Source of the DNA: Ruminococcaceae bacterium UBA7147
Lineage (GTDB): Bacteria; Bacillota; Clostridia; Oscillospirales; Acutalibacteraceae
DNA: 57,044 nt
Assembly (NCBI GenBank): GCA_002491825.1
Contig: DKWR01000024.1
Coordinates: forward strand, 1-57,044
Reading direction: 5' to 3'
Every line of letters starts with the position of its first letter. Position 1 is the stretch's first letter. Made by a program: the position numbers and the translations under genes. Positions 1 to 10,200 of this stretch are shown here, piece by piece. The notes under the pieces are model-generated. The model did not search any database. It had not been told where the DNA came from and saw nothing but the letters and a program-made list of their open reading frames with translations.

Positions 1-14
1 CGCCGTGTCCCTAC
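1..14 (-). repeat. Partial GTAG-type REP element (family A), cut by the window edge
   Basis: cgccgtgtccctac is identical to the 3' part of the ggacacggcacgccgtgtccctac copies at 11807, 13663 and 50863. Confidence 0.8.
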
Positions 15-81
15 GTCAACGTTACTATAATTCCAACGCTAAATTATTGTTTAGCTTACTAAAAGGGATAACCTGATTTAA

Positions 82-783
82 TTATTTCACTATTTCGTTT
101 CGAGCTAGGTAGGCTGCTGAAATGTCCATATTACACGTCAGAATATAAAAATCTGTGCAGGAAATCAGGTTTTCAAAATTCGTCAGCATTTTATCAGCGG
201 TATCTCTGCTGACAAAATGAGCTGTGGAAAAATAAAGCCTTTTTATTATTTCAGGCGTTTCAGCTTTTCTGATTGAATTACTCTCTCCTCTTTCAATGAA
301 CACGACTGCGCCGAGCGGAGCTGAAATATTATTCGCTATTCCGCTTCCTCCATCAAACGGTGTTCCGTATACAACAGCTTTTTCGTTAAAAATTCTGACA
401 ACCGGCTTATCATCATTAATCATCTTCACATCATTATCAAAAGCTTTTCGCCAAAGGGAAGTATGTGTGGACTTTCCTACTCCGGAATCTGCCGAAAACA
501 AATAAGCCTTTCCGTTATATTCAATCGCAGATGAATGAATCAGCATTGCATTGTATTTAATTATGCTTTTGCAAAATTTTCCTGCATACGCAAATTCCTC
601 TGCGGCACCGATAGTTGTGCCCGGTACCATTCTCTTAATTAAGGAGTTGATATGCTCATCTGAAACAGACAAAGAAATATCAGTGTTTCTGTCGCCGTAG
701 TATTCAAAAGGCTTTGCAAGATTTCGAAAATGATCATATTTTGGTTCAAACTCTGTTACAAGTTCAGCTATAAGATATTTCAT
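82..783 (-). CDS. HPr-kinase/PEPCK-like P-loop protein (ScmC-like or lasso-peptide-kinase-like)
   Basis: Motifs LIHSSAI, Walker A SADSGVGKST, INDDKP and YGTPF; GGAGG RBS upstream. Confidence 0.7.
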   Translation of the reverse strand: MKYLIAELVTEFEPKYDHFRNLAKPFEYYGDRNTDISLSVSDEHINSLIKRMVPGTTIGAAEEFAYAGKFCKSIIKYNAMLIHSSAIEYNGKAYLFSADSGVGKSTHTSLWRKAFDNDVKMINDDKPVVRIFNEKAVVYGTPFDGGSGIANNISAPLGAVVFIERGESNSIRKAETPEIIKRLYFSTAHFVSRDTADKMLTNFENLISCTDFYILTCNMDISAAYLARNEIVK

Positions 784-800
784 TGTCCCTCCAAATAATA

Positions 801-834
801 TTTTAGGGAACGACTCTAATATCGTTCCCTAAAA
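801..834 (-). other. Intergenic stem-loop
   Basis: Perfect 13-bp inverted repeat ttttagggaacga/tcgttccctaaaa; no clear U-tract on the coding strand. Confidence 0.7.
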
Positions 835-851
835 CAAATACTTAAAATCAA

Positions 852-1712
852 TTATTCAAATCCAACAAGAATACGCTGAATCTGTGTTGCGTCAAGTACA
901 TTAACTACACCGTCTCCGTTTACGTCAGCGAGTGAAAGCTGATAATCGGAGAGATCCTTAATTGAGGAAGCGTAATACTGAATAAGTGTAGCATCGCTTA
1001 CATTGACAATTCCGTTCATATCAACATCACCGATTTTATATTCGGGAATAATCTCAAAATTGATGTTATTTTCTTCAGCATACTGCTGTGCGTACGAATC
1101 TTTATAAACATAAAGTGTAAGATTCGGACAATTTCTGAATGCGTTTGAAGCAATAGAAGTTGTTGCTTTAGGAATTGTGATTGACTTTAGAGATGTACAA
1201 TCAGAAAAAGCAAAGGAGCCTATTGATTCTACCGTTGAAGGTATTTCAATCGTTTCAAGACTACTGCAATTATAAAATACCTGATCTTTAATTTCAGTCA
1301 ACTGCGATTTAATCTCTACGTTTTTTAATGAAGGACAGTTTTGTAAAGCACCAATGCCAACATTAAGACAATTTTCAGGAATTACAACCGACTGAAGATT
1401 GGACGCTTCGTAAAAAGCTGCATCTCCAATAGAGGTCAGTGTATCCGGAAAAGACGCAGAAACAATATAGTCATTTTGATAAAAAGCCATCATTTTAACA
1501 GCAACAACAGTATCTCCGAAAATTTTCTCGGGAACAACCATGTTACCGTCTTTTAATTTGTATTCCGTAATAGTAATTGTACCGTCACCGTTTTTCATAA
1601 ATGTAAAATTGCCGTCACTGAAGTAGGTAGCAGCAAAAGCTGACGATAGACTTGAAAAAATTAATATTACAGGAATTAAAACAGAAGTGAAAATAAATCT
1701 GATTTTCTTCAT
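852..1712 (-). CDS. Secreted BspA-type leucine-rich-repeat protein with C-terminal dockerin
   Basis: Signal peptide ending AFA; LRR_5 repeats (IGxxAFxxCxSLxSIxIP); duplicated GDVDMNG..DATLIQ / DVNGDG..DATQIQ. Confidence 0.9.
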   Translation of the reverse strand: MKKIRFIFTSVLIPVILIFSSLSSAFAATYFSDGNFTFMKNGDGTITITEYKLKDGNMVVPEKIFGDTVVAVKMMAFYQNDYIVSASFPDTLTSIGDAAFYEASNLQSVVIPENCLNVGIGALQNCPSLKNVEIKSQLTEIKDQVFYNCSSLETIEIPSTVESIGSFAFSDCTSLKSITIPKATTSIASNAFRNCPNLTLYVYKDSYAQQYAEENNINFEIIPEYKIGDVDMNGIVNVSDATLIQYYASSIKDLSDYQLSLADVNGDGVVNVLDATQIQRILVGFE

Positions 1713-1730
1713 ATAATCACCTTTTATAGG

Positions 1731-1759
1731 TAGAGGGGCAAATGAGATTTGCCCCTCTA
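1731..1759 (-). other. Intergenic stem-loop
   Basis: Perfect 13-bp inverted repeat tagaggggcaaat/atttgcccctcta; followed by CCTATAAAAGG rather than poly-U on the minus strand. Confidence 0.75.
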
Positions 1760-1778
1760 AATTATTAAGACATTTTAG

Positions 1779-1919
1779 TTAAATCGGACTGCCGCTTACT
1801 TCTTCGCCGGTTTCGTTTCTTGTTTCCTCCGGAGTACTATCGTCCATATAATCGGACAAAATTTCAGAAAAAGAAAACTTTTCTAAATCAAACGAAGGTT
1901 CTTCATATATTCTCTTCAA
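1779..1919 (-). CDS. 46-aa acidic peptide MKRIYEEPSFDLEKFSFSEILSDYMDDSTPEETRNETGEEVSGSPI; RiPP-precursor-like
   Basis: AAGGAGG RBS overlaps the TAA stop of the upstream gene, with TTG start at 1919; N-terminal YxxP motif; stem-loop follows the stop. Confidence 0.7.
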   Translation of the reverse strand: MKRIYEEPSFDLEKFSFSEILSDYMDDSTPEETRNETGEEVSGSPI

Positions 1920-1932
1920 TTCTACGCCCTCC

Positions 1933-4900
1933 TTACTCAGTTGTCTTTGTAGTAACAGCTGATGAATTACCAATGTCAAACAGTGTAAAGTAAACAGGTT
2001 CTGTCATATCATATACCACTTCACCATTATCATTTGTATAATAAACATAGTAATATGCTTTATATACATAGTGTCTGTAATAAGCAGTGTTCGGGAACTT
2101 TACATAATAATCAAGTCTGTTTTTATTGTTGTAATCCTCGTTCTTAATATCAAACTTATACATAGCTTTGCTTTTGCTTTCATCTGCTGTAACTGAACCG
2201 GATGTACTATCAGATGTAGCAAAAGTTTGAATTTCAGATTTTGAAAAGCTTTCTTCTGCTGTATAAGCCGTTTTAAGAGCGCTAAATTCATCAGCGGTAA
2301 GTTTTGCATCAACCGCATCAGGTTTTTCAATCTTATGATTATTACTGAACTCAACAATCAAACCTGTGTGATATTTATCCTTTGCAAGTTCACCATTAAG
2401 GAGAATACCGTTTGAGCTCATATATGCTACGATAAAGTCTGCATAGAGATAGTCTGACTTAACTTCACCTGTTGAATCTGTGTACTGCTCACGAGTAAAT
2501 GTAGGATCGGAAATTGTGAGTGACTGTGACTTTTCATTAGAATAAACAGGATAAATGTAATAATCACCTAAAATTCTTAAATTGAACTTAGTTGAATAAC
2601 ATTTAGCAATTTCCTTATTGATTCCCTTATCATGCTCATTTAAGTCATAAACAATCCAATAAGCAAAGTTTGTATCACCATCAGCACTCTTGGAGTTAGC
2701 TACGAAAAATTCATCGGAACCATCAAGGAGATAATCATTATCTTTAACATTTTTGAAAGCAAAACCTACATTATCAGAAGTTCTATAATATACTGTATGC
2801 ATCAGTTCAGAGTGAGTACCCCAAAGGGTTGCTGTAGTACCCTGTCTAGTAACCTTCTGTTCTGTTATTGTCCATGTGCAATCCTTATGAAGGTCTTCAA
2901 CAGCAGGAGCATTATCGTAAATCAAATCATCAGTAATAAAATAATCCGGATGTTCCTGCAGGTAATCATCCGTAAGCTCTACAACCTTTGTGTAGGTTCT
3001 CTCATCGCCAAAACGGTTGTAGTACTTATAGTTAAGAATTGCATTCTTGGTAACAGGAGCTATGTCAGAATAATACTGTAAAGAGCTAACCTCTAATCTA
3101 TTACCGAAATACAAATCTTCGACATTTAATGTCATTGTCTGTGTTGCAGTACCGGATTTACCAATATAATCATTGCTTGTGTTATCGTCGGAGATAATCA
3201 TATAATCATTTGCATCATATCTGAAGTAATCAACAAATGTATTTTCACCCTTCATAATTGTTTTGAGAGTGATGTCAATAGTATACTTGCCTGAAAGCAT
3301 CTCAGGTGTTAATGCGATGTTGATAGCTGCCTCAGTTTCGGGGAACGACTGAATTTCGCTACCTTGTCTATTCTTAATTACAGCAGAAACAAGATAATAT
3401 CCGCCGCCGCCGAGAGCATCCGGACCGGTATACTTTTCATGAGTAATGCTAAGTACACCTTCCTCAATCTTTTCAAAACGAGCTACAATGTTATAGGATT
3501 TATCAACGAGGAAGTCCATTGAAGACGAGGTAACAGGAAGCGGTGAATAGTTGTTACCTTCATCATCAACTGTTCCCCATCCAACGAACACATAACCACT
3601 CTTTGATGTTGCAGTGATAGCTGCATTAACGTTACGTTCTGTAAAGTCCTTTGATGCGACACCGTTTACCGAAGTAATATCATCAATTTTTACAGTACCT
3701 GCGGTTTCACTTTCATCAAGACTCCACGCTGCAGTTTCATTATCTCTGTACTGAACTTTTACTGTAACGGGTACAGTCTGACCGGTAGACTTTGTGTATA
3801 ACCAACGACCGTCAATACGAACGCCGCTGTTACCGCCAACTCCGGCAGATGAAGTATCGGCATTCATCTCTGATTCGTAAGTAATCTTTACAGGTACACC
3901 TTTATAACTACTATTATCATTAATAGTGGTGTATTGGGTAGTCTGCGACTGTCCTTCGGGACGTGCAATAAAGTCGGAAGGAACACCCTGAGTAATGTAT
4001 TTACCATCATTGTCGTAAACGTACCAAACAGTTGACCACTGACCTTTATCAGCTACGTCCTGGTTACCTGTTGAAACAACATACAAATGAGAACCCTTTG
4101 CATTGTAATCACTGATTACATTTCCGAGGATGTCAACGTGCTCGTCATCGAAGTTGAGCAAATCGTCCCAACCGTTATTATTAGCATAGGTAGTCTTATC
4201 AATTGCACCTGAAACGGTAGGATGATTATAATTATTAGTCAAAAGAGTATACTGGTTTGAAGCTCCTGTTCTGTATTTAATCTCAAACTTAACGGTATCA
4301 TAACCAAGGTCTGCAATGTATTTGAAATCATCGTAGTCGTAGGTCTGATAGTTTTTACCGATTTCGGGATAAAGTGTTCCGTGAAGTTCCTTTTCAATAA
4401 AGCTGTTAAGAGTGATACCGGAAATAGTATAATTTGTTCCGTCGCTCTTTGTTCTTGGCTTACCGTCTGCGTAAGCAATACGAGGAACTCTTGTGTAGTA
4501 CAAGCCGTTTGAAGAAAGAATCATCGGCTGACCGGGATAACCGGTAGTGCTATATGCTTCTTTATTTGAACCGCCTGTGTAATAGTATGAGTAACAGGAA
4601 ATTGTGTTGCCCCAGTGGTCACCAAGCTCCGAAGCGTCAACGTACACTGTGATGTAGTCATTATTCTTTTCTGTATTCTTATTGAAGTACAGCGGAGTGA
4701 TTTCTACAAGGTTGTTTTTCTCGTCGCCCGATACCTTATATGTGGTTTCATATACATTATTTGCATTTGCAGAAGCGGGATAGGAAATACCGTTTACACA
4801 GAAAGCGTAAACATAATAACCGTTAGCAGCAGCTGCAGTAGTCATAGTTGTCTGAATTGTAAGATAATCTCCCGAATTTGCGGTGTAAACATTATATTTT

Positions 4901-7014
4901 TCGTTTTCTGTCAAGAGATTAAGTTCACCACTGCTATTATCTGTGAGTACAGTATCGCCAAGCGGACTTGTACCGCCTTCTACCGTTGTACCGTCCTTTG
5001 TGTAAACATTGATAGATTTCTTACCGTCTGTAGTCTGTGACAGACTGATTACAGGATTAGTATCAGAGGATGTGAAATCAAGCTTAATGTAATATACGTT
5101 GGACTGATTGAAAATGTAGTTTTTGCTGTTAGTGGCAGAGCTGTCGCCCCAAGTAGTGATATTATCAGAAATTGAAGGCGTAAGCGTAAAGTTATCATTG
5201 GTTGTTTGAGAATACTTAACATCATTACTTTCGGTTAAGCTGACTCTTTTAATCTTAAACCAATATTCTTTGTTAAAGCTGATTGAAGAATAAAGAATCT
5301 TTGGATTTGTTTCAGACGGAGTCATTTCGTAAGAAACTTTACCGTTGTCACCGATAAGATAATACTTATAAGCAAGGTTACCTGCTTTTGTAATAGTCTT
5401 TGCATCTGAAAATGCTGACTCATTATAATTATCGGATGAAGATGGACCGGGAACAGCCTTAACCTTGTAAGAGCCTGCTTCGGTAATCTCATAAGTATCA
5501 GTTGTGAATGTCTTATAAAGGTTACCGTCTTTGTAGAGATGATATGTTACATCTGGAGCATTTTCTGAAATTGCGATGTGGTTGGAAACAGTTAATGTAA
5601 CCGATGTTGCGCTTTCAGCAATTTCTTGTGCAGAGAAGGTGAGCGTAGGAGTAGCAAGAACAGGCTTTGAAGTTGCTTCTGTCCATGAAAGAGTCCTTGT
5701 ATCTGCATTCCAAGTGAATGTAACGCTTTGATATGAAGTAGCTGGTACTTTCCACTTATTACCGGTGTTAAAATTCGTATCAGTTGTAGAACCGGCAGAT
5801 GTACCTGAACCGGCGTTATTATCATTTGGGTGGTAAACATTAGTACCATCATTAATTGTAATATACTGATAACCAGCCTCGTCATTTTTGAAAGTATAAT
5901 TTAAAGAATATTCACCACTTGTAGCAGTTTCAGTAAATTTGTATTTATCGTCAGGGTTACATACTTGTCCTTTATCAATCCAACCGCTGATGTACCAGCC
6001 TTCTACTTCATAACCAGGGTTAGGACTTGCAGTAAAGGTTACTTCTGTGCCGGCTGTTACAGTTGAACCAATAGGAGAACCATTTGCTGAAGCAGTAATT
6101 AAACCGTTAGAACCAGCACCAAAGTTTACGGTGTAGTAGGTTGTTGTTCCGGGTAATGTTGTTGTAGCACAAATCAAATTATTATCTGTTGAATTGTATT
6201 TTGTATTTTTATACAACAATAAAATATAAAATTCAACACCGTCTTGATTTGATACATTACAGTTATGGTCATTTCCGCCTTCATCAGATAAAGATACAAT
6301 GTTTGTAATATTAGACGGGTTATTCGTGAAGTTCTGACCGCCGTATATTTCAGAGCAGTTCCAGTTATCTGCTTCATTACAAATCTTAAAAGTACCATTA
6401 CCTGTTACTTTTGTATAAGCAAAAGTATTATCAGAGCTCTGATCCATTTTAATACCGGTTTCCCACTTATTATAAGTGCCACGCAAATAATAGTTTGCTT
6501 TAGTGTCTCCAGAGCCGGTACTGCCACTATAGGTTGACCAAGTACCTTCAGAATAATAAGTACACTCATTTTTAGTATAATTTTGAGAATTGTCTGGAGT
6601 ATATAAGGGATTACTTGTATTAAAATCTCCTCTATATACTACTTCAGTTTTATGAAAGTTTCCATAATTAGATTGAGAAGCTTTAGTAAATGAAATGTAT
6701 TCTGAATAATCACCGGTATAAGTGCATGAATAAATATCATCAGTTCCACTTACTTTATTCATAGTAATAGGACCATCGGCAAAGTTAGAATTATTCGTTT
6801 GTGAACCTGTACCTTTTTCTTCATCCCAATATGCGCCTTTATAAAAATACGCATAAGCTCCGTTCCAGCCAAGAGTATCTTTAAAATATACCGTTATGGT
6901 ACCATTTGCGGCACTGGTAGTAACAATACCGACTACCATTGTTGAAACAACCATCATCAATGCGAGGATGACGGAAAGCGCTGATTTGCTTATGCGCTTA
7001 ATTGAATGTCTCAT
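1933..7014 (-). CDS. Large secreted multimodular protein (CBM26/starch-binding-like modules, YY[LI]xG beta modules, Ig-like repeats); no dockerin or sortase motif seen
   Basis: 1693 aa; signal peptide ending TSAA; TITVYFKDTLGWNGAYAYFY and ITVYVD..WG..GYPGQPM modules; GYxxxGW repeats; GGAGG RBS. Confidence 0.75.
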   Translation of the reverse strand: MRHSIKRISKSALSVILALMMVVSTMVVGIVTTSAANGTITVYFKDTLGWNGAYAYFYKGAYWDEEKGTGSQTNNSNFADGPITMNKVSGTDDIYSCTYTGDYSEYISFTKASQSNYGNFHKTEVVYRGDFNTSNPLYTPDNSQNYTKNECTYYSEGTWSTYSGSTGSGDTKANYYLRGTYNKWETGIKMDQSSDNTFAYTKVTGNGTFKICNEADNWNCSEIYGGQNFTNNPSNITNIVSLSDEGGNDHNCNVSNQDGVEFYILLLYKNTKYNSTDNNLICATTTLPGTTTYYTVNFGAGSNGLITASANGSPIGSTVTAGTEVTFTASPNPGYEVEGWYISGWIDKGQVCNPDDKYKFTETATSGEYSLNYTFKNDEAGYQYITINDGTNVYHPNDNNAGSGTSAGSTTDTNFNTGNKWKVPATSYQSVTFTWNADTRTLSWTEATSKPVLATPTLTFSAQEIAESATSVTLTVSNHIAISENAPDVTYHLYKDGNLYKTFTTDTYEITEAGSYKVKAVPGPSSSDNYNESAFSDAKTITKAGNLAYKYYLIGDNGKVSYEMTPSETNPKILYSSISFNKEYWFKIKRVSLTESNDVKYSQTTNDNFTLTPSISDNITTWGDSSATNSKNYIFNQSNVYYIKLDFTSSDTNPVISLSQTTDGKKSINVYTKDGTTVEGGTSPLGDTVLTDNSSGELNLLTENEKYNVYTANSGDYLTIQTTMTTAAAANGYYVYAFCVNGISYPASANANNVYETTYKVSGDEKNNLVEITPLYFNKNTEKNNDYITVYVDASELGDHWGNTISCYSYYYTGGSNKEAYSTTGYPGQPMILSSNGLYYTRVPRIAYADGKPRTKSDGTNYTISGITLNSFIEKELHGTLYPEIGKNYQTYDYDDFKYIADLGYDTVKFEIKYRTGASNQYTLLTNNYNHPTVSGAIDKTTYANNNGWDDLLNFDDEHVDILGNVISDYNAKGSHLYVVSTGNQDVADKGQWSTVWYVYDNDGKYITQGVPSDFIARPEGQSQTTQYTTINDNSSYKGVPVKITYESEMNADTSSAGVGGNSGVRIDGRWLYTKSTGQTVPVTVKVQYRDNETAAWSLDESETAGTVKIDDITSVNGVASKDFTERNVNAAITATSKSGYVFVGWGTVDDEGNNYSPLPVTSSSMDFLVDKSYNIVARFEKIEEGVLSITHEKYTGPDALGGGGYYLVSAVIKNRQGSEIQSFPETEAAINIALTPEMLSGKYTIDITLKTIMKGENTFVDYFRYDANDYMIISDDNTSNDYIGKSGTATQTMTLNVEDLYFGNRLEVSSLQYYSDIAPVTKNAILNYKYYNRFGDERTYTKVVELTDDYLQEHPDYFITDDLIYDNAPAVEDLHKDCTWTITEQKVTRQGTTATLWGTHSELMHTVYYRTSDNVGFAFKNVKDNDYLLDGSDEFFVANSKSADGDTNFAYWIVYDLNEHDKGINKEIAKCYSTKFNLRILGDYYIYPVYSNEKSQSLTISDPTFTREQYTDSTGEVKSDYLYADFIVAYMSSNGILLNGELAKDKYHTGLIVEFSNNHKIEKPDAVDAKLTADEFSALKTAYTAEESFSKSEIQTFATSDSTSGSVTADESKSKAMYKFDIKNEDYNNKNRLDYYVKFPNTAYYRHYVYKAYYYVYYTNDNGEVVYDMTEPVYFTLFDIGNSSAVTTKTTE

Positions 7015-7055
7015 TTAATATACCTCCATAAATTTTATTTACGGTGCGCCTTTAT

Positions 7056-7146
7056 AATTAACAATTAACAATTTACAATTAACAATTTACAATCAACAAT
7101 TATTTGTCAACTTGCAATTTATAATTAACAATTTACAATTAACAAA
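7056..7146. repeat. Tandem heptamer array (AATTAAC/AATTTAC) in two blocks
   Basis: aattaac aattaac aatttac aattaac aatttac aatcaac aatt, then a second shorter block at about 7116-7146. Confidence 0.85.
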
Positions 7147-7162
7147 TTAAATTGTTTTTTTC

Positions 7163-7196
7163 TTCCATATGGGCGGGATTAGCCGCCCACACGGAA
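7163..7196 (-). other. Intergenic RNA stem-loop
   Basis: Minus strand UUCCGUGUGGGCGG/CCGCCCAUAUGGAA; two G-U pairs form only on the minus strand; followed by an A-run, not U. Confidence 0.7.
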
Positions 7197-7256
7197 AATT
7201 GTTATTCGTAATTAAAGCGCAATTATTTATTTTAACATTGTCTGACCACAATGTTA

Positions 7257-10200
7257 TCAGCTTGCGAGTGCATACTGAATGTATGTTGCGTCCTTGACGT
7301 CAACCTTGCCGTCAAAGTTTACATCGTAAAGCTCACTCTGCAGAGATGAAACTGTAATCATACTTGCATTTAACATCTGGATATATGTTGCAGACTTTAC
7401 AGTAGGTTCTGATACAGCAGTTACAGTTCCGTTTGAATCATTCACTACTGAACCCATCTTTACTCTTTCACCACCAACGAAAGTAAAGCCAAGAGTTTTA
7501 TTCTTTGCGTCAGTACTGTCGTAAACCATATTTGTTGCTGAATAGAAGAAGTTTTTCTCTATATCGCCTTTACCGGTAAGGTCAACTGCTACTGTATCAC
7601 TCATAAGGTTATCTGCTGTAAAGTAGCTGGCTGTTGATGTCAATTTACCGTTCCAGGTTGCATTGAGCTTTGTTCTCTTTGAAGTGAATGTAAGTGCATG
7701 GGTTTTTGTTGTGTCTACGTTTTCGATTGAAACACTATACCACGCAAAGGTCAACGCACCGGAATAATCCTTACCAAGTTCAGAGGATTTTGTCATTGCT
7801 GTTGCGTCGCCGCCGTCAAAGCTTACAGACGGAGCATATGCAGGAGCTGTTGCTGTCTTGAAGTAGATTTTGATTGTCCTAACATCTGTTGACGCTGTGA
7901 CTGTTACATAAACAGTAGAGGTTTCTACCTTGTCGCCATAGGTTGCTTTTACTGTGAAGGTCTTGGCACCAATCATATCAGCAGTTGCAACAACCTTGAT
8001 TTTACCGTTTTCAACGTTATCGCCGACCGGAGTGTCTCCAAGGTAAACGCTGTATGTAACATCATCTTCAACTGTTGTTACATTGATAAGGAAGCTCTCG
8101 CCTACTTCAAATGTATTTTTTGTTGTGCCGTTTACATCTGTAACTGTTGAAGCGGGTGTCGCGGGAGTGAAAGGAGTGTACTCGGAATCTTTTGTGAACT
8201 GTGCATTGAGCCATGTTGCACGATCAGATGTCCAAGTGTTAAGTGAATTAACTGCTTCTTGATGATTTGCACCAGTATTGACTGAACCCCAACTACTGAT
8301 TGGATCTTTATCAATGAAATTCCAACGAGTTTCATTCATATCTACAGATTCTTTAATCTGATTATACCAGGTATTAATCTGTCCATTTGTACCATAATAT
8401 TTCTGAATTGTTGTGTAGAAGCCGTTAGCGCCTTCCCACTGCTTTCTGATTTCAGTTTTGAAAGCTGAATTCTGACTTGCAAGCTGTGATTGAATGCTGT
8501 ATTTTGTGCCATTAGTGCCTTTGCTGTCATCAAAATATTTATACTTTGCTACCCAGTAGTTATTACCATCACTTACTTTGCCGGCATCTTTTGTATTAAG
8601 TATGTATTCAGAATTGCCAACTTTACCTTTTTTAGTAGTATTCTCGTACTGACCATAAGCCCAGTCATAGTCCCAAACAGGATTTGCTACGAATACTGCG
8701 CCATTGCCGTTTGCATCGTTTTTACTGCAGTCAAATGTTAAGTAGTAGCTTGTTGAAGCAGCGTCAAGGTTTGACGAGAATTCCTGAATGAGGTACATCT
8801 TTGCAAAGGATTCAACGTCCATTACTGTTGAAAGTTGTGCTTTTGTTGCACCTGTTGTAAATGCAATATCTTCCATTGCAGCGAACTTCTGTGCAATATA
8901 TGTTACCTGCTCTTTTGTTGCAAATTCAGGACTCTTTACTACAACGTGCTGTCCTCTTGGAGATGTGAACCAAGAAGCTTCGTCAGTATAGCGTTCTGTA
9001 ATTTCAAACTCGAGTAAGTATTTACCGTCAGTTTTTGAAGCAATTGAGGAAGTATTACCATCAGAGGTAACCTTTGCATAGCTCATTGCATAAGTACCGG
9101 TACCGTATGAATACTCTTCATTAGTTACGGTTGTTTCATCAACAGTACCTGCTGCCTTTTCATTAATATCATCAAAGCTTTCACCCTTAACAAGCTTGCT
9201 TGAGCCTACGTCTACCTTTTCTGTAACAAGGTAAGAACCCATATACTCGCCGTTATCGTAGATGTCAACAAATCTAAATTCGGGAGAATATAAAATACCA
9301 ATGTCTTTTGCAAGCTGATATGTAAGAGCGTTGCGGAGCATTGACTCATCTGCGTTGTTTGCAAGCAAGCACCAGCTCTTTGAACCGGTCGACTCGGTTG
9401 TATCCATATCGAAGAGGTTTGTTGCCGATGAAAGTTTCATATTGAAAGCATATTTACCGAAATTCATCGCACTTGCTTTCCAAGAGGAGTTACCTCTACC
9501 CTTTATGCTGGAAAGTCCCATTGCAGATGAGAAAGAAGCTTCAGAGCCGGTATTAGTCATTGTTTTGCAAGATCCGCCCTTATAGTTAACCTTCTCTTTA
9601 TATGCTTTTGCGGCTGCGTCTTCTTCAGCTATGCTACTGCCTGTAACAGCAGGATTATATTGTGTAGGTAGTGCAGTTGATGTTGTAAGGAACATTGCGT
9701 TTGTTGAACCCTGCATTACCTTGACTTTACTGACAGAACCGCCGGTAATTGTGTTATCACCTATTACAAGGTTAACGTTTTCTGCTTTACTTTGGTTTGC
9801 AATGGTTTGTCCGCCAAGTGTAATCTGACTACCTGTTACATTGTAAATTACAGCATTTGAAAGATTAACATTCTTTGGAACGTAGAATGTGTAGGGGTTT
9901 GTTGTGTTGTGATTCTTACCATAATAATTGTTCCACTTTATAAGTGTTGATGTTGAGTCGTTCTGATAAGGAGCAACGTCTATCCACAAACCATCATTCT
10001 GAGCTTTGACGTAATCAAGCTTACCTGTTGAAGTAAGGGTAAATGTACCCTTTACAGTAATTTCCTGACTCTTAACATCGGTTGTAGCAAGACCGTCAGG
10101 AACTGTAAACTTGAATGTATTGTCGGCAGTTTTAGTTGCATTAATATCATGTGCAACCTTATTGTTATCTTTGTAGGATACAGAAATTGATTTGCACTCA

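Noticed and set aside
1920-1979. Longer 66-aa version of the small ORF given in the ORF track
   Set aside because: It overlaps the upstream gene out of frame; the strong RBS points to TTG at 1919
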